Shown here: positions 44,148-58,780 of the stretch, one piece after another
Position numbering within the stretch: the first letter of the stretch is position 1
Layout of the letters: each line of letters begins with the position of its first letter
Assembly: GCA_963785305.1 (NCBI GenBank)
Contig: CAWAUV010000008.1
Span: forward strand, 1,472,001-1,536,000
Reading direction: 5' to 3'
Length of the DNA: 64,000 nucleotides
Origin: an uncultured Planctomycetaceae bacterium
Lineage (GTDB): Bacteria; Planctomycetota; Planctomycetia; Pirellulales; PALSA-1355
The notes under the pieces: generated by a model
What the model was told of the DNA's origin: nothing
The model's database searches: none
Seen by the model: the letters and a program-made list of their open reading frames with translations, nothing else
Program-made: the position numbers and the translations under genes

Positions 44148-45161
44148 CTATCGGTTGCGGCTCGTCCTTGGCGGCTCGGGCGCGAAACTGAGCCGGCCTT
44201 TGGCGGTAAGCCGCACGACTACGCCCCCAACGTTGGCGCCATGCGCTCGCCGCTCTTTGAGGGCGTCACCGAGAGCCGCCGCCAGCGTTTCGATCTTCTC
44301 AAGCCCGATGCGCGTCGCATCTCGGCCGCCCGCCTCGGCGATACGCCGCGCCAAAATCCGGTGAGCAATCGCGATCGGCGCTGCAAACAGCGCGCGCGCG
44401 TCGATCGTGCCCTCCGAACCGACCTGCGTCTCGACCTCGGCCGTCAGATGCGCCAGCGCCTCCTCCGTCTCTCGCGCGCGGCGCGCCAAGCGATCGAGCG
44501 CCTCGGCGTCGAGGCCTTCCTCGTCGAGCCGGGCAAGAAGCGCCCGCAGGCGGGTGCGCGCGAAGCGCGGGTCGACATTGGAGGGGTCATCGATGAACGG
44601 CGCGCCGCGCGCCTTGGCGAAAGCGATGAGATCGCGCTTCTTGAAGCCCGATAGCGGCCGGGCGATCGTCATGCCGTCGCGCGCGGTCATGAGGTCCATG
44701 CCGCGCAGTCCCGCGAGGCCGGATCCGCGCAACAGGCGAAAGAGCACAGTCTCCGCCTGATCGTCGGCATGATGAGCGGTCATGACCGCGTCGGCGCCGA
44801 TGCGCCTTTGCGTGATCGATGAGCAAGCGGTAGCGCGCCTCGCGCGCCCGCTCCTGCAGGCGGCTCGTCGGCTTGACGCCTTTCCATTGAGAACGCGATG
44901 GCCGACCCCCAGCCGGGCGCAGAGCGCGGCGACGGCTTTGGCCTCGTCGGCGCTTTCCGGTCGAAGCCCGTGATCGACCGTCGCCGCCTCGATCCGCGTC
45001 TTGCCGCGCCGTTTCGCCCATTCCGCCGCCATCAAGAGCAGCGCCGTCGAATCGGGGCCGCCGGAGACCGCGATCAGAAGGGCCTTGGCGCGAACAAACG
45101 GGGCGAACAGCGCGTCGATGTCGGCCGACGAAAGAGCGTGCGAGCGCCGGGCGCTCAACAA
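44148..45161 (-). CDS. tilS: tRNA(Ile)-lysidine synthetase; internal compensating frameshifts
   Basis: AVSGGPDS, VDHGLR, TAHHADDQAET, RGSG, DDPSN. Confidence 0.95.
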   Translation of the reverse strand: MLSARRSHALSSADIDALFAPFVRAKALLIAVSGGPDSTALLLMAAEWAKRRGKTRIEAATVDHGLRPESADEAKAVAALCARLGVGHRVLNGKASSRRAACRSGRARRATACSSITQRRIGADAVMTAHHADDQAETVLFRLLRGSGLAGLRGMDLMTARDGMTIARPLSGFKKRDLIAFAKARGAPFIDDPSNVDPRFARTRLRALLARLDEEGLDAEALDRLARRARETEEALAHLTAEVETQVGSEGTIDARALFAAPIAIAHRILARRIAEAGGRDATRIGLEKIETLAAALGDALKERRAHGANVGGVVVRLTAKGRLSFAPEPPRTSRNR

Positions 45162-46143
45162 TGATCCTTGGCGCTCTCATGCTCGGCGAGCTTCTTCACC
45201 GAGGCCGACGCGGCCGGATAGCGCTTGCCGAATTCGGTCAAGCGTCGCGCAGGCCTGCTCGGAATTGCCGAGCGCGGCGAGCGACTGCCCGAGCCGCACC
45301 ATGCTCTCCGGCGCCCGCGAGGATTTGGAATAATCGGTCGTGACCTTGAGAAATTGTTCGGCGGCCTCGCGGGGGCGCGAGCGCTGAAGATAAGTCTCGC
45401 CGATATAGAAGACCGCGTCCGGAGTTAAGCGATGCGCCGGGTTGGCGGCGAGGAACGCCTTAAACCCGGTCTCCGCCTCCGGATATTGTCCCGCCTGAAA
45501 GGCCTGCAGCGCGGCATTGAACTGCTCATGCGGCTGGTCGAGCATCGCGACCCCGTCCCGACAATCGTCGGTCCGCTCGCGGGCGGGGGCCGGGGCGATC
45601 GGCGCTTTCCCGAGTTCGAGAGGCGCGCCGGGGGCCGGCTGCTCGCGCGCCATCGGCGCAGAGGATTCGCGTACGAGCGGCGCGCTCGGCGGCGTCGTTC
45701 CTAGCGGGCGCGGCGCGCCGGGCGCGTTCGGATCCGCGTTGGGGTCGAACGCGTCCGACCTTCGAGGTCTTGGAGCGACGGCCGGCTGGTCGGGGGCCAA
45801 GGGCGCTTCGGCGACGTCCGACTCCGGCGGCGCGCCGCCGGAGCGATCGCCAAACCGGAATTCGACGTCCTGGCGGAACTTCTGCAGTTGCGCTTCGAGC
45901 CGATGTTGCGCGTTCTGCAACTCCTCGATTCGCCCGTAGGCCTGGCGAAGTTCTTCCTCGAGCCGATTGATGCGCACGACGAGGGCGGCGGCGTCGTTCG
46001 GATCGCCCGGCGCGCCGCCGGGGATGTCGGCCGGCGGCGGCGGCTTGGCGGTGGAAGATATCGAACTGTGCTTGCGCCGGCGCCGCGAGCGTGAAGCAGG
46101 CGACGAACACAGCGACGAGGCTAGGGCGAAACAACGACGTCAC
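45155..46143 (-). CDS. cpoB: Tol-Pal system protein CpoB/YbgF; frameshifts
   Basis: Signal peptide, coiled coil (RINRLEEELRQAYGRIEELQ), TPRs (FYIGETY, APESMVRLGQSL, EQACATL); lies between pal and tilS. Confidence 0.9.
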
Positions 46144-46243
46144 TGGAGGATCCTGATTGCCTTCTTGCCTGGTCCATACGCTCGGCGTCTGTCGATTTTA
46201 AGTCGCAGTGCGCTTCGGCGCGCCGCGGCCTACAACAAGGTCC

Positions 46244-46748
46244 TCAACTGCCGGCCGCGCCGTTGAGCACGGTGACGGCGCGGCGGTTTTGCGACCAGCA
46301 GGAAATGTCGTCGCAGACCGCGACCGGCCGCTCCTTGCCATAGCTGATCGTCCTCATGCGAGAAGCGGAGATTCCCTTGGCGGCGAGATAATCGTGAACC
46401 GCTTGCGCGCGCTGCGAACCCAGCGCGAAATTGTATTCGCGCGTGCCCCGCTCATCGGCGTGGCCCTCGATGGTGAAGCTGTATTTGTTGTACTGGTTGA
46501 GCCACGCCGCCTGCTTGTCGAGCGTCGCCTGGGCGGTCGGCGAAAGAACGGTCTGGTCGGTGTCGAAGAAAACGCGGTCGCCGACCGTCTGGTTGAATTC
46601 CTGCACGCTGCCCGGGCCGGACGCGCCATAGCCAGCCCGCGCCTGCGGCGAGGTTGTCGGGGTTGTTATGCGCGCAGGCGCTTAAGGCCAGGCCGAGCGC
46701 GAGCGCCGCCGCCAGCGCGATCGAGCTCCGGGTCATGTTCGCGAACAT
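46244..46748 (-). CDS. pal: Peptidoglycan-associated lipoprotein; frameshift near 46630
   Basis: Lipobox LSAC; VGDRVFFD, IEGHADERGTREYN, SYGKERP, QNRRA. Confidence 0.96.
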
Positions 46749-46871
46749 CCTGCTACTCCCGACGACCCCACCCACTCGTGCACTAGCCGCCCTACGAGTT
46801 AACGCAAGGTTTCGATAAGCTTACCGACTCCTTGCCGCGCGTGAGCCAACGCCTCGCAACCCGCCGGCAGC

Positions 46872-46887
46872 GTTAACAGCGGATTAA
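46872..46887 (-). promoter_or_regulatory. CtrA-binding box upstream of pal
   Basis: Minus strand reads TTAA-TCCGCTG-TTAAC, an exact TTAA-N7-TTAAC match. Confidence 0.75.
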
Positions 46888-46992
46888 TGGCCATATTGCG
46901 GCGCACAATGCCTTGCGCTCGCCGCGTTTGATCGGCATCATCACGGGCTCGTGAAAGCGGGTTATTGCGGGGATTCAAGGGATTCCTTTGGG

Positions 46993-47652
46993 ATGAAGCG
47001 CCCTAGAGTGAGACGGACGGCTCTGCTCGCGCTCGCGATGGTGTTTTTGGTCGTCGCCTGGCTGTGGGACGGCCTGGTCGCGGTCGGGCGAAGCGATCGC
47101 CGGATTCATACCGTGGGCGCGCTTCAAGCAGTCCTTCGCCGCGCTGGTCGACCGCCTGCCGGCGCCGCTGGTCTTGCTCGATTTTCCTGGTGCCGTTCTT
47201 GATCGTCGAGCCGCTTGCTGGTGGTGGCCACCGTCGCGATCGCGATGGGCTATGTCGTCTCCGGCGCGATCGCCTGGATCGTGCTCAAGTTTCTCGCGGT
47301 CGCGCTCATCCCGGCGATCTTCGATCTGACGAAGCACAAGCTGATGACCATGCCGTGGTTCGTCCGGGCGTATGAGAAGGTGATGGCGTTTCATCACTAC
47401 GCCGATCAGATCGTCGCTCCTTACAAAAGCGCCGCCGCCGCGGTGCTCCGCCAATGGCGCATGCGCGCCGGCCGTCGTGACAAGACGCGTTCCCGGCCTC
47501 GCCCATCTTGCGGCGCGCTTCGCCGCCCGCAAGCGCGCGAAGCGGGCGCCCGGCCATGCCCTCGAACGGGTAGGGCGCGCGCCGGACTCGGGCGTCGAGA
47601 CGATATCGAAAGCGCGAACGCCGCTAACAAAGTCCCGTCCCGCGAGAGTTGA
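46993..47652 (+). CDS. Hypothetical membrane protein; frameshifts
   Basis: Hydrophobic segments across frames (LAMVFLVVAWLWD; FLVPFLIVEPL; IFDLTKHKLMTMPWFVRAY). Confidence 0.6.
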
Positions 47653-47677
47653 CAGTCCGAGCCGCCAGGACCACATT
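47649..47677 (+). promoter_or_regulatory. Sigma70-type promoter of the thi operon
   Basis: TTGACA-N17-CACATT directly upstream of the riboswitch. Confidence 0.55.
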
Positions 47678-47682
47678 GATTT

Positions 47683-50627
<2,945 letters not shown>

Positions 50628-50631
<4 letters not shown>

Positions 50632-50825
50632 GGCTCGTCGTCAATGGCGAACCGCAGGAGGTTCCAGCCGTGACGCTTGCGGAAGCTCTGCAATCGCTCG
50701 ACCTCGCCGAGGCCAAGGTTGCGACCGCGCTCAATGGCGAGTTCGTCCCGGCGCGCGCGCGGGCGGCGACGCTTGTGAAGGACGGCGACCGAATCGAGAT
50801 TCTCGCGCCAAGGCAGGGAGGGTGA
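50628..50825 (+). CDS. thiS: Sulfur carrier protein
   Basis: MRLVVNGE...[11 protein letters not shown]...[13 protein letters not shown] (C-terminal GG). Confidence 0.95.
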
Positions 50826-50832
50826 GAGGCCC

Positions 50833-51621
50833 ATGACCTCCAACTCCGTGCTCACCCTCTACGGCCAGAGCTTTCGCTCGCGACTCATGCTCGGCACGTC
50901 GCAATATCCCTCGCCCGCGATCCTCGCGGAGGCGGCCCGCGCAAGTGAGGCCGAGATCCTTACGGTGTCGCTGCGGCGCGAGTCGGCGCGCCTCAAGGAG
51001 GGGCAGGATTTCTGGCGCCTGATCCGCGACATTGGCGCGCGCGTATTGCCCAACACCGCCGGCTGCTACAGCGTGAAGGAGGCGGTGACGACGGCTCAGA
51101 TGGCGCGCGAAGTGTTCGGCACGCCCTGGGTCAAGCTCGAAGTGATTGGCGAAGCTGACACGCTTCAGCCCGACCCGTTCGGCCTTGTCGAGGCGGCGCG
51201 GATTCTTTCCGCCGACGGTTTCCAGATCTTTCCTTATACGACCGAAGATCTCGTGGTCGCCGAGCGACTGATCGAGGCGGGCTGCAAGGTGCTGATGCCC
51301 TGGGGCGCGCCGATCGGCTCCGGCAAGGGGCTCAACAACGTCTTCGGGTTGAGGGCGCTGCGCGCGCATTTCCCCGAGATTCCGCTGATCGTCGACGCCG
51401 GCCTCGGCCTGCCGTCGCAGGCGGCGGCGGCGATGGAGCTTGGCTACGACGGCGTTCTGCTCAACACCGCGGTCGCCAAGGCGGGCGATCCGGTCGCGAT
51501 GGCGCGCGCTTTCGGTCAGGCGATCGAAGCGGGCCGCGCCGCCTTCCTTGCAGGCCCCATGGAATCGCGCGACATGGCGGCGCCCTCGACGCCTGTCGTC
51601 GGCCGCGCTGTGCTCACGTGA
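50833..51621 (+). CDS. thiG: Thiazole synthase
   Basis: [41 protein letters not shown]. Confidence 0.97.
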   Translation: MTSNSVLTLYGQSFRSRLMLGTSQYPSPAILAEAARASEAEILTVSLRRESARLKEGQDFWRLIRDIGARVLPNTAGCYSVKEAVTTAQMAREVFGTPWVKLEVIGEADTLQPDPFGLVEAARILSADGFQIFPYTTEDLVVAERLIEAGCKVLMPWGAPIGSGKGLNNVFGLRALRAHFPEIPLIVDAGLGLPSQAAAAMELGYDGVLLNTAVAKAGDPVAMARAFGQAIEAGRAAFLAGPMESRDMAAPSTPVVGRAVLT

Positions 51622-52271
51622 GCGACGAGGCCTCGGGGAGCGCCACCTCCTCTCAAAGGAGACCGGAGTCGGGCCTCGACCCTTTCTATCCGATCGTCGA
51701 CAGCGCCGAATGGGTCGGCCGCCTGGTCCGCGTCGGCGCGAAGTTGATTCAGCTTCGCATCAAGAATCGCGACGAGGCGGCGGTCGCGCGCGAGACTCGG
51801 CTGGCGCTCGCTGCCTGCAAGCCTGCGGGCGCGAGCCTTGTCGTCAACGACTACTGGCGTGTCGCAATCGATGAGGGTGCGCCCTGGCTCCATCTTGGCC
51901 AAGACGATCTCAACGACGCGGACGTGCTCGCCGTGCGCAAGGCGGGGATCAAGCTCGGCGTCAGCACCCACGACGACGGCGAGCTGGTGCGGGCTCTCAC
52001 CTTCGCGCCCGACTATGTCGCGCTCGGGCCGATCTATCCGACCAAGCTCAAGGCGATGGCCTTCGCGCCGCAGGGGCTCGAGAAGATCGGCGTGTGGAAG
52101 CGCCGCATCGGCGCGATTCCGTTGGTCGCGATCGGCGGGTTGACTGTCGAGCGAGCGAAACTGTGCCTCGCGGCCGGCGCGGACATCGTCTCCGTCGTGA
52201 CCGACATCACGCTCAACGCCGATCCGGAGGCGCGGGCGCGCGAATGGGTGGCGGCGACGCGGCCGGCGTGA
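51618..52271 (+). CDS. thiE: Thiamine-phosphate synthase
   Basis: QLRIK, VNDYW, HLGQDD, GVSTH, VAIGG. Confidence 0.95.
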   Translation: MSDEASGSATSSQRRPESGLDPFYPIVDSAEWVGRLVRVGAKLIQLRIKNRDEAAVARETRLALAACKPAGASLVVNDYWRVAIDEGAPWLHLGQDDLNDADVLAVRKAGIKLGVSTHDDGELVRALTFAPDYVALGPIYPTKLKAMAFAPQGLEKIGVWKRRIGAIPLVAIGGLTVERAKLCLAAGADIVSVVTDITLNADPEARAREWVAATRPA

Positions 52272-53140
52272 CTCAAAGGCTGCCGATCGCTCTGACCATC
52301 GCCGGCTCCGATTCCGGCGGCGGCGCCGGGATTCAAGCCGATCTCAAGACCTTCGCGGCGCTCGGCGTCTACGCCGCGAGCGTGGTCACCGCGCTCACCG
52401 CTCAGAACACGCGCGGCGTGCGGGCGATCCACTATCCGCCGCCTGAAATCGTCGGCGCGCAGATCGAAGCGGTTCTTGAGGACTTCGCCGTCGCCGCGAT
52501 CAAGATCGGCATGCTCGGCAGCGCGGAGATCGCCAACGTCGTGGCGGAGAGGCTTTCGGCCCAGCTTGCTTCGCAAGCGCCGCACTGTGGCGCGCGGCGC
52601 AGACAGGTTCATCGTCTACGATCCCGTTATGATCGCCTCCTCAGGCGACGCGCTGAGCGGCGCAGGCTTCGTCGAGGCGATCGCCACGAGCTGCTTCCGC
52701 TTGTCGATTGCCTGACCCCTAACCTGTCTGAGGCCGCAGCATTGCTCGGGGAGCCGATAGCGCAGAAGCGAGGCCGATATGGCTCGGCAGGGCGCGGCGT
52801 TGTTGAAGCTCGGCCCGCGCGCGGTTTTGATGAAGGGCGGACACCTCGAAGGCGAAGAGGCGGTGGACCTTTTGATGACAGAGGACGTGGTTCGCCGTTT
52901 CGCGGCGCCGAGACTCGCTTCCCAAAACCTTCACGGCACCGGCTGCACCCTCTCGAGCGCCATCGCCGCCAACATCGTTCTCGGGGCTCCCTTGTCGGAG
53001 GCTGTGGCGGCGGCCAAGACCTTCGTCCGCCGATCGATCGAGCGTGGCCAGGATGTCACGCTCGGCGCGGGAGCCGGGCCGCTCGATCCAGACCGAGTTG
53101 GTTTCGAAACTCTGACGCATTCGATCCGTATCCGCGTTAG
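52268..53140 (+). CDS. thiD: HMP/HMP-P kinase; frameshifts, end approximate
   Basis: TIAGSDSGGGAGIQADLKT, KIGML, DPVM, TPNLSEA, KGGH, HGTGCTLSSAIAA. Confidence 0.94.
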   Translation: MTQRLPIALTIAGSDSGGGAGIQADLKTFAALGVYAASVVTALTAQNTRGVRAIHYPPPEIVGAQIEAVLEDFAVAAIKIGMLGSAEIANVVAERLSAQLASQAPHCGARRRQVHRLRSRYDRLLRRRAERRRLRRGDRHELLPLVDCLTPNLSEAAALLGEPIAQKRGRYGSAGRGVVEARPARGFDEGRTPRRRRGGGPFDDRGRGSPFRGAETRFPKPSRHRLHPLERHRRQHRSRGSLVGGCGGGQDLRPPIDRAWPGCHARRGSRAARSRPSWFRNSDAFDPYPR

Positions 53141-53173
53141 TCTTAAGCTTCTCGCGCGTAGATTTGGGCGGAC

Positions 53174-54322
53174 ATGGCCGACGGCTTCTATGAGACCATT
53201 CCGGTGCTCGACGACTTTGCCGACGCGGTGAAGGCCGAGAACTATAGTCCGCTGCCGGGCGACTGGGTCGTCGGTTTCGCTGACGTGGTCGGCTCGACCA
53301 AAGCCGTCGCCGATGGCCGATATAAGGCCGTCAACATGGTCGGCGCCGGCGCGATCGCGGCCGTCGCCAACGCGCTGGACCGGCGGCCTTTTCCTTTCGT
53401 CTTTGGCGGCGACGGCGCGAGCTTCGCCGTGTCGTCGTCCGATGCGGCCGCCGCCGCCAAGGCGCTTCAGGCGATGGCGGCCTTCGCGCGTGAGGAGTTT
53501 CAATTGGAGTTGCGCGTCGCGATGGCGCCGGTCGGCGAAATCCGGGCTGCAGGATACGACGTGAGGGTCGCGCGCTTCGCGGCGGCCCCGCCTTGCGTCT
53601 ATGCGATGTTCGCCGGCGGCGGCCTGACTTGGTTCGACGATGCGGCCAAGCGCGGCTCTTATGCTCTGCCGCTGGCGGAGCCGGGCGCGCGGCCGGATCT
53701 TTCGGGTCTTTCCTGCCGCTGGGGCGTGGCCCCGGCCAAGCACGGACTTGTTCTGTCGCTGATCGTCGCGCCACGCGGAAACGACGCGCGATTTGCGCCG
53801 CTCATCAATGAGATCGTCAGATCGTCGCTCGCCGTCGCGTCGAGCGATCGTCCGGTCACTCTGATGAGTCTGCGGCCAGGGAATCCAGGCAGGGCGATCG
53901 CGCTTGAGACATTGGTCAAGAAGGCCTCGGGGCTGTCGCAAGCGAAGGCGCGTATCGCGGCGATTCGCGGCTATTGCATCGCGATCTTCCTCCACATTTT
54001 CAAGCTCAAGGTGGGTCGCTTCGACGCGGCGACCTATGCGAGCGAGCTTGTCGCCAACGCAGATTTTCGCAAGTTCGACGACGGCCTGCGCATGACGCTG
54101 GACTGCTCGCCTGAGTTCGCCGATGCGCTCGAGGCTCGGCTTGCCGCAGCGGAGGCGTTTGCCCGATGGGGCGTCTTCCGGCAGGGCGCGGCGCAGGTGA
54201 CGTGCTTCGTTCCCTCGGCGACCCAACGCGGCCATGTCCACTTCGTTGACGGCGCCGGCGGAGGCTATACGATGGCCGCCAAAGCGATGAAGGCGCGCCG
54301 CGGCACGCTGGCGGCGGCGTAA
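53174..54322 (+). CDS. DUF3095 family protein
   Basis: DVVGSTKAV..GRYKAVN, PFVFGGDGA, DLSGLSCRW, DFRKFDD.LRM, HFVDGAGGGY. Confidence 0.88.
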   Translation: MADGFYETIPVLDDFADAVKAENYSPLPGDWVVGFADVVGSTKAVADGRYKAVNMVGAGAIAAVANALDRRPFPFVFGGDGASFAVSSSDAAAAAKALQAMAAFAREEFQLELRVAMAPVGEIRAAGYDVRVARFAAAPPCVYAMFAGGGLTWFDDAAKRGSYALPLAEPGARPDLSGLSCRWGVAPAKHGLVLSLIVAPRGNDARFAPLINEIVRSSLAVASSDRPVTLMSLRPGNPGRAIALETLVKKASGLSQAKARIAAIRGYCIAIFLHIFKLKVGRFDAATYASELVANADFRKFDDGLRMTLDCSPEFADALEARLAAAEAFARWGVFRQGAAQVTCFVPSATQRGHVHFVDGAGGGYTMAAKAMKARRGTLAAA

Positions 54323-54362
54323 GGTGTGTATGGCTGGAGGATCGGCAGAAGGAGGATACCTG

Positions 54363-55349
54363 ATGCGTAGCTCATTTCGTTTCATTGTCGCCGTTTCCGT
54401 TATAGGCTTGACAGCCGCCTTTGGGGCGCCCCGCGCGCAAGCCGATGTTGCGCCAACACACCCCGCTGCGCTGGCGGTGCTGAATCTCGACTATGTCGAC
54501 ACGTCCGGAGAGCCGAACGATCAAATCGCGACCCATCAACGGCGCGCCGCCGAATTCGTCAACGCGTTGCAGCGCGATCTCGCGGCGAACGGCCAGTACC
54601 GGATTGTTCCGATGTCTTGCGGGTCCGGGCCGTGCGATCCAGCGATGAGTCCATCCGAGATTCAGACGGCTGCGCGAACCGCCGGCGCGAAGCTCGTCCT
54701 GCTCGGCGGCGTGCACAAAATGAGCTCCCTTGTTCAGTGGGCGAAGATCCAAATCGCCGATGAGGAGCAGGGTCGGATTGTTTTTGACCGATTGCTGACT
54801 TTCCGTGGCGACACGGACGAGGCCTGGCAAAAGGCAGAATCCTTTGTTGCGCGCGATGTTCTCCAGTCGGAGGCGACCTTGGGCGACCGGGCCGAAGGAG
54901 CCGCGCCGATCAAGATCGCCGTCTTCGATTTCGAGCTGAAGGATTTCAGCGGCGGCGCCGGAATCATCCCTGAAAGCGACCAAGACCGGGAGCAGCTGAG
55001 GCTGGCGACAGAGACGGTGCGCCGGCTGCTCACGGAATCCGGCCGGTACAACCTCGTCGATGTCAGCCGCGCCAATACGCCCGACGTGATCGCGGGCAGC
55101 TTGCACGAATGCGACGGTTGCGACGTTCCAATCGCTCGCAAACTCGGCGCCGATCAATCTCTTGTCGGGATCGTGACTCGCATCACCCGCACCGACTACG
55201 CCGTCACATTCAAGCTTCGCGACGCCAAAACTGGCGCTCCCATTGCAGTTGAGCAGACCGACCTGCGCATCGGGGCGAACTATTCGTGGAACCGAGGCGC
55301 CGCGTGGTTGATCAAGAACCGATTGCTGGAGAAGCAAGCGCGGCAATGA
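54363..55349 (+). CDS. Secreted protein with two tandem DUF2380/DUF3280-like domains
   Basis: Signal peptide; domain 1 YVDTSGE...GGVHKMSSLV...FRGDTDEAW; domain 2 AVFDFEL.DFS...CDGC...RIGANYSWNRG. Confidence 0.75.
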   Translation: MRSSFRFIVAVSVIGLTAAFGAPRAQADVAPTHPAALAVLNLDYVDTSGEPNDQIATHQRRAAEFVNALQRDLAANGQYRIVPMSCGSGPCDPAMSPSEIQTAARTAGAKLVLLGGVHKMSSLVQWAKIQIADEEQGRIVFDRLLTFRGDTDEAWQKAESFVARDVLQSEATLGDRAEGAAPIKIAVFDFELKDFSGGAGIIPESDQDREQLRLATETVRRLLTESGRYNLVDVSRANTPDVIAGSLHECDGCDVPIARKLGADQSLVGIVTRITRTDYAVTFKLRDAKTGAPIAVEQTDLRIGANYSWNRGAAWLIKNRLLEKQARQ

Positions 55350-55437
55350 ACGTCTGGGGAGCCTGATCTAACGGACCCGGTGGATAGCGAGGGCGGCGGC
55401 GCTGCGCCGAGCCGGCCGATTTGCTAGGCTAGGGGCG

Positions 55438-58135
55438 ATGGACGCCGCCAGCGACAGCCCCAATTCCGCCGCCACCAGCGCGCGCCTCACGCCGATGATG
55501 GCGCAGTATTTCGAAATCAAGGCGGTCAATCCGGGTTGCCTGTTGTTCTACCGAATGGGCGACTTCTACGAACTGTTCTTCGAGGACGCGGAAATCGCGA
55601 GCCGGGCGCTCGGCATCGTCCTCACGAAGCGCGGCAAGCACGAAGGCGAGGACATCCGCATGTGCGGGGTGCCGGTCGAGCGCGCCGACGATTACCTCAA
55701 CCGGCTGATCGCGCTCGGCCATCGCGTCGCCGTCTGCGAGCAGATGGAGGACCCGGCGGCGGCGAAAAAGCGCGGGACCGAAGTCGGTCGTCAAGCGCGA
55801 CGTCGTGCGGCTGGTCACGCCGGGCACGATCACCGAGGAACGGCTGCTCGAGCCCGGTCGGGCGCGTCTTCTGGTCGCCGTCCAGAAGCTCCGTTCGAGC
55901 GAGGGGCGGCAGGTTTACGGGCTCGCCGCGCTCGATCTGTCGACGGGGGCGGTTGCGCTCAGCGAGACGGACGAAACAGGCCTTGCGGCGGAGATTGCGC
56001 GCCTTGAGCCGAGCGAGGTCGTCGCGTCGCAAGCGGTGTACGACGAACCGCTGTTTTCCCAGATCGTCCGCGAGATGCGCGTTCCCGCGACGCCGCTCGC
56101 GCGTGGCGGCGGCGACGCGCGCGGCCGAGCGCCGGGTCTGCGAGTTCTATGGCGTCGAAACCCTCGACGGCTTCGGCGCGTTCACCCGCGCCGAGATCGC
56201 CGCCGCCGCGCTCGCGCTCGCCTATGTCAAGCGCACTCAGTTCGAAGCCCAGCCGGCGCTCTCGCCGCCGACGCGGCGCGCGCGCGGGACGAGCCTCGAG
56301 ATCGATCCCGCGACCCGCGCCAACCTCGAGCTCACGCGAACCTTGAGCGGCGCGCGCGACGGCTCGCTCCTGGCGACGATCGACCTGACCGTGACCCCCG
56401 CGGGCGCTCGCCTGCTCGCCGAGCGGCTGGCGAGCCCGCTGACCGATCCGGAGGCCGTCAACCGGCGGCTCGATTCGCTTGATTTCCTGGTCGAGGCGGC
56501 GCCGATGCGCGACGCGTTGCGCCGGGCGCTCACGCATGCGCCCGATTTTCTGCGCGCCCTTTCGCGCCTGAGCCTCGACCGAGGCGGTCCGCGCGATCTT
56601 GCCGCCATTCGCGACGGCCTCGCCGCGGCGGCGACGTCTGGCCAGCATTCTCGAGGCCGCTCAGGATCTCCCGCCCGAACTCATGAGCGCCTATGCCCGG
56701 TTGCGCGCCGATTGCGCGGAACTCGGGCGCGATCTCGAGGCCACGCTCGCCGACGATTTGCCGCTTCTCAAGCGCGACGGCGGGTTCGTCCGCCCAGGCG
56801 CGGCGGCCGCGCTCGACGAAGCGCGAAGCTTGCGCGACGAAAGCCGCCGCGTGATCGCGGGACTGCAGGCGTCCTACGCCGACGAAGCCGGCGTCAGGCA
56901 GCTCAAGATCAAGCACAACAACTTTCTCGGCTATTTCATCGAGACCCCGCAGGCCGCCGGCGAGACGCTGCTCAAGCCTCCCCATAACGCGACCTTCATC
57001 CACCGCCAGACGATGGCCGGCGCGATGCGCTTCTCGACCAGCGCGCTCGCCGATCTCGAGTCGCGCATCGCCTCCGCGGCTGACCGGGCGCTCGCGCTCG
57101 AACTCGAGGCGTTCGAGCGCCTGCGTCAGGCCTGCCTCGCCGAGGGCGAAGCCTGCGCGGCTTCGGCGCGGCGCTGGCCGAGATCGACGTCGCCGCCGCG
57201 CTCGCTGAACTCGCGGTCAAGCGCAGACTGGACGCGGCCCTTGGTCGACGCCTCGCTGAGCTTCAACATCGAGGGCGGCCGCCATCCGGTGGTCGAGGCG
57301 GCGCTGAAGCAAGCGGGCGAGCCCTTCGTCGCCAACGATTGCGATCTCACGGGCGAAGCAGGCGAGGGCGGGCGCATCGCCATCGTCACCGGCCCCAACA
57401 TGGCGGGCAAATCGACCTATCTCAGGCAGAACGCGCTGATCGCGCTGATCGCGCAAATGGGCGCCTACGTGCCGGCGAGCGCGCGCGCACATCGGGATCG
57501 TCGACCGGCTGTTCTCGCGCGTCGGCGCGGCGGACGATCTCGCGCGCGGCCGCTCGACCTTCATGGTCGAGATGGTCGAGACCGCGGCCATTCTCAACCA
57601 GGCGACCGCGCGCTCGCTGGTGATCCTGGACGAGATCGGCCGCGGCACGGCGACCTTCGACGGCCTCTCGATCGCCTACGCCTGCGTCGAGCATCTGAGC
57701 GCCGTCAACCGCTCGCGGGCTTTGTTCGCCACCCATTTCCACGAACTGACCGCCCTCGCCGAGACGCTGCCGCGGCTCGTCAATCTCACCATGCGGGTCA
57801 CCGAGTTCAAGGGAACGCTGGCGTTCCTGCATGAGGTCGTCCACGGCGCCGCCGACCGCTCCTACGGCATTCAGGTCGCGAAGCTCGCGGGCCTGCCGCC
57901 CTCCGTCGTCAAGCGCGCACGCCAGGTGCTCGCGAGCCTCGAGGCCTCGCGCTCGAGCGGCTCGCTCGACGCGCTGCCGCTGTTCTCCTACGAGCCGCGC
58001 GAGCCGCCCGCGGCGCCTCCGCCTGACGAACTGCGCACGGCGCTCATCGCGCTCGATCCCGACGCGCTCACGCCCCGCGACGCGCTCGAGGCCCTCTACA
58101 AATTGAAGCGGCTGATCGAGGACAAGGCCAAATGA
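55438..58135 (+). CDS. mutS: DNA mismatch repair protein MutS; several frameshifts
   Basis: [56 protein letters not shown]. Confidence 0.97.
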
Positions 58136-58770
58136 CCGATCCGAAAATCCTCCTCGCCTCGCTCGCCGCGGCCTATCTCTATGTGGTCACGCCGGGGCCG
58201 GCGTTCCTCGCTCTGTTCACGCTTGCCGCCTCGCGCGGACGCGCGGCGGGCGCCTGGTTCATCTGCGGTCATCTGGTCGGCGACGTGACCTGGGGCGCGC
58301 TCGCGGTCGCGGCGATCATTGGCGCGAACCGCATCGGTCCCACTCTGTTCGAGCTGCTCGGCTTCGTCTGCGGGCTTTACCTCCTCTATCTCGGCGCGCG
58401 CGCGGTGATGACCAAGAAGGACATGGCCCCGCGCACGATCGGCGCCAAGCGGCCGCTCGCGACCGGCATGGCCTTCGGCCTCACCAACCCCAAGTCCTAT
58501 CCGGTGGCGCTGGCGATGTTCTCGGCCATCGTCGCGCCCTATATCGGGGCGCTGAAAATGGCCGACGCGCCCCAGATGTTCGCAGCGGCCTTCGCCGGCT
58601 TCCTGCTCGCCGACGTGACCCTGATCTTCGCCGCCGGCCTGCCGGCGGTGCGGCGGTTCTTCCTCACCCATGGCGTCGCGGTGACGCGGCTCGTCGGCGT
58701 GATCTTCATCCTGTTCGGCGCGAAGTCGATCGCCGACGCGGCGGGCGGCGCGATGCGGCGCACGGCGTGA
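58132..58770 (+). CDS. LysE/RhtB family translocator
   Basis: [17 protein letters not shown]; about six TM helices. Confidence 0.9.
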   Translation: MTDPKILLASLAAAYLYVVTPGPAFLALFTLAASRGRAAGAWFICGHLVGDVTWGALAVAAIIGANRIGPTLFELLGFVCGLYLLYLGARAVMTKKDMAPRTIGAKRPLATGMAFGLTNPKSYPVALAMFSAIVAPYIGALKMADAPQMFAAAFAGFLLADVTLIFAAGLPAVRRFFLTHGVAVTRLVGVIFILFGAKSIADAAGGAMRRTA

Positions 58771-58780
58771 CGGGCCCGCA

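Noticed and set aside
43237..45161. tRNA(CAT) near tilS as its tRNA-Ile2 substrate
   Set aside because: The acceptor stem (GGCGGGA; G4-C69, G5-C68) and anticodon arm fit elongator tRNA-Met rather than Ile2, so the proximity is probably coincidental.
55438..58135. mutS pseudogene producing a mutator that explains the frameshifts
   Set aside because: Indels are just as common in the other genome half and in essential genes such as tilS; sequencing error is simpler.
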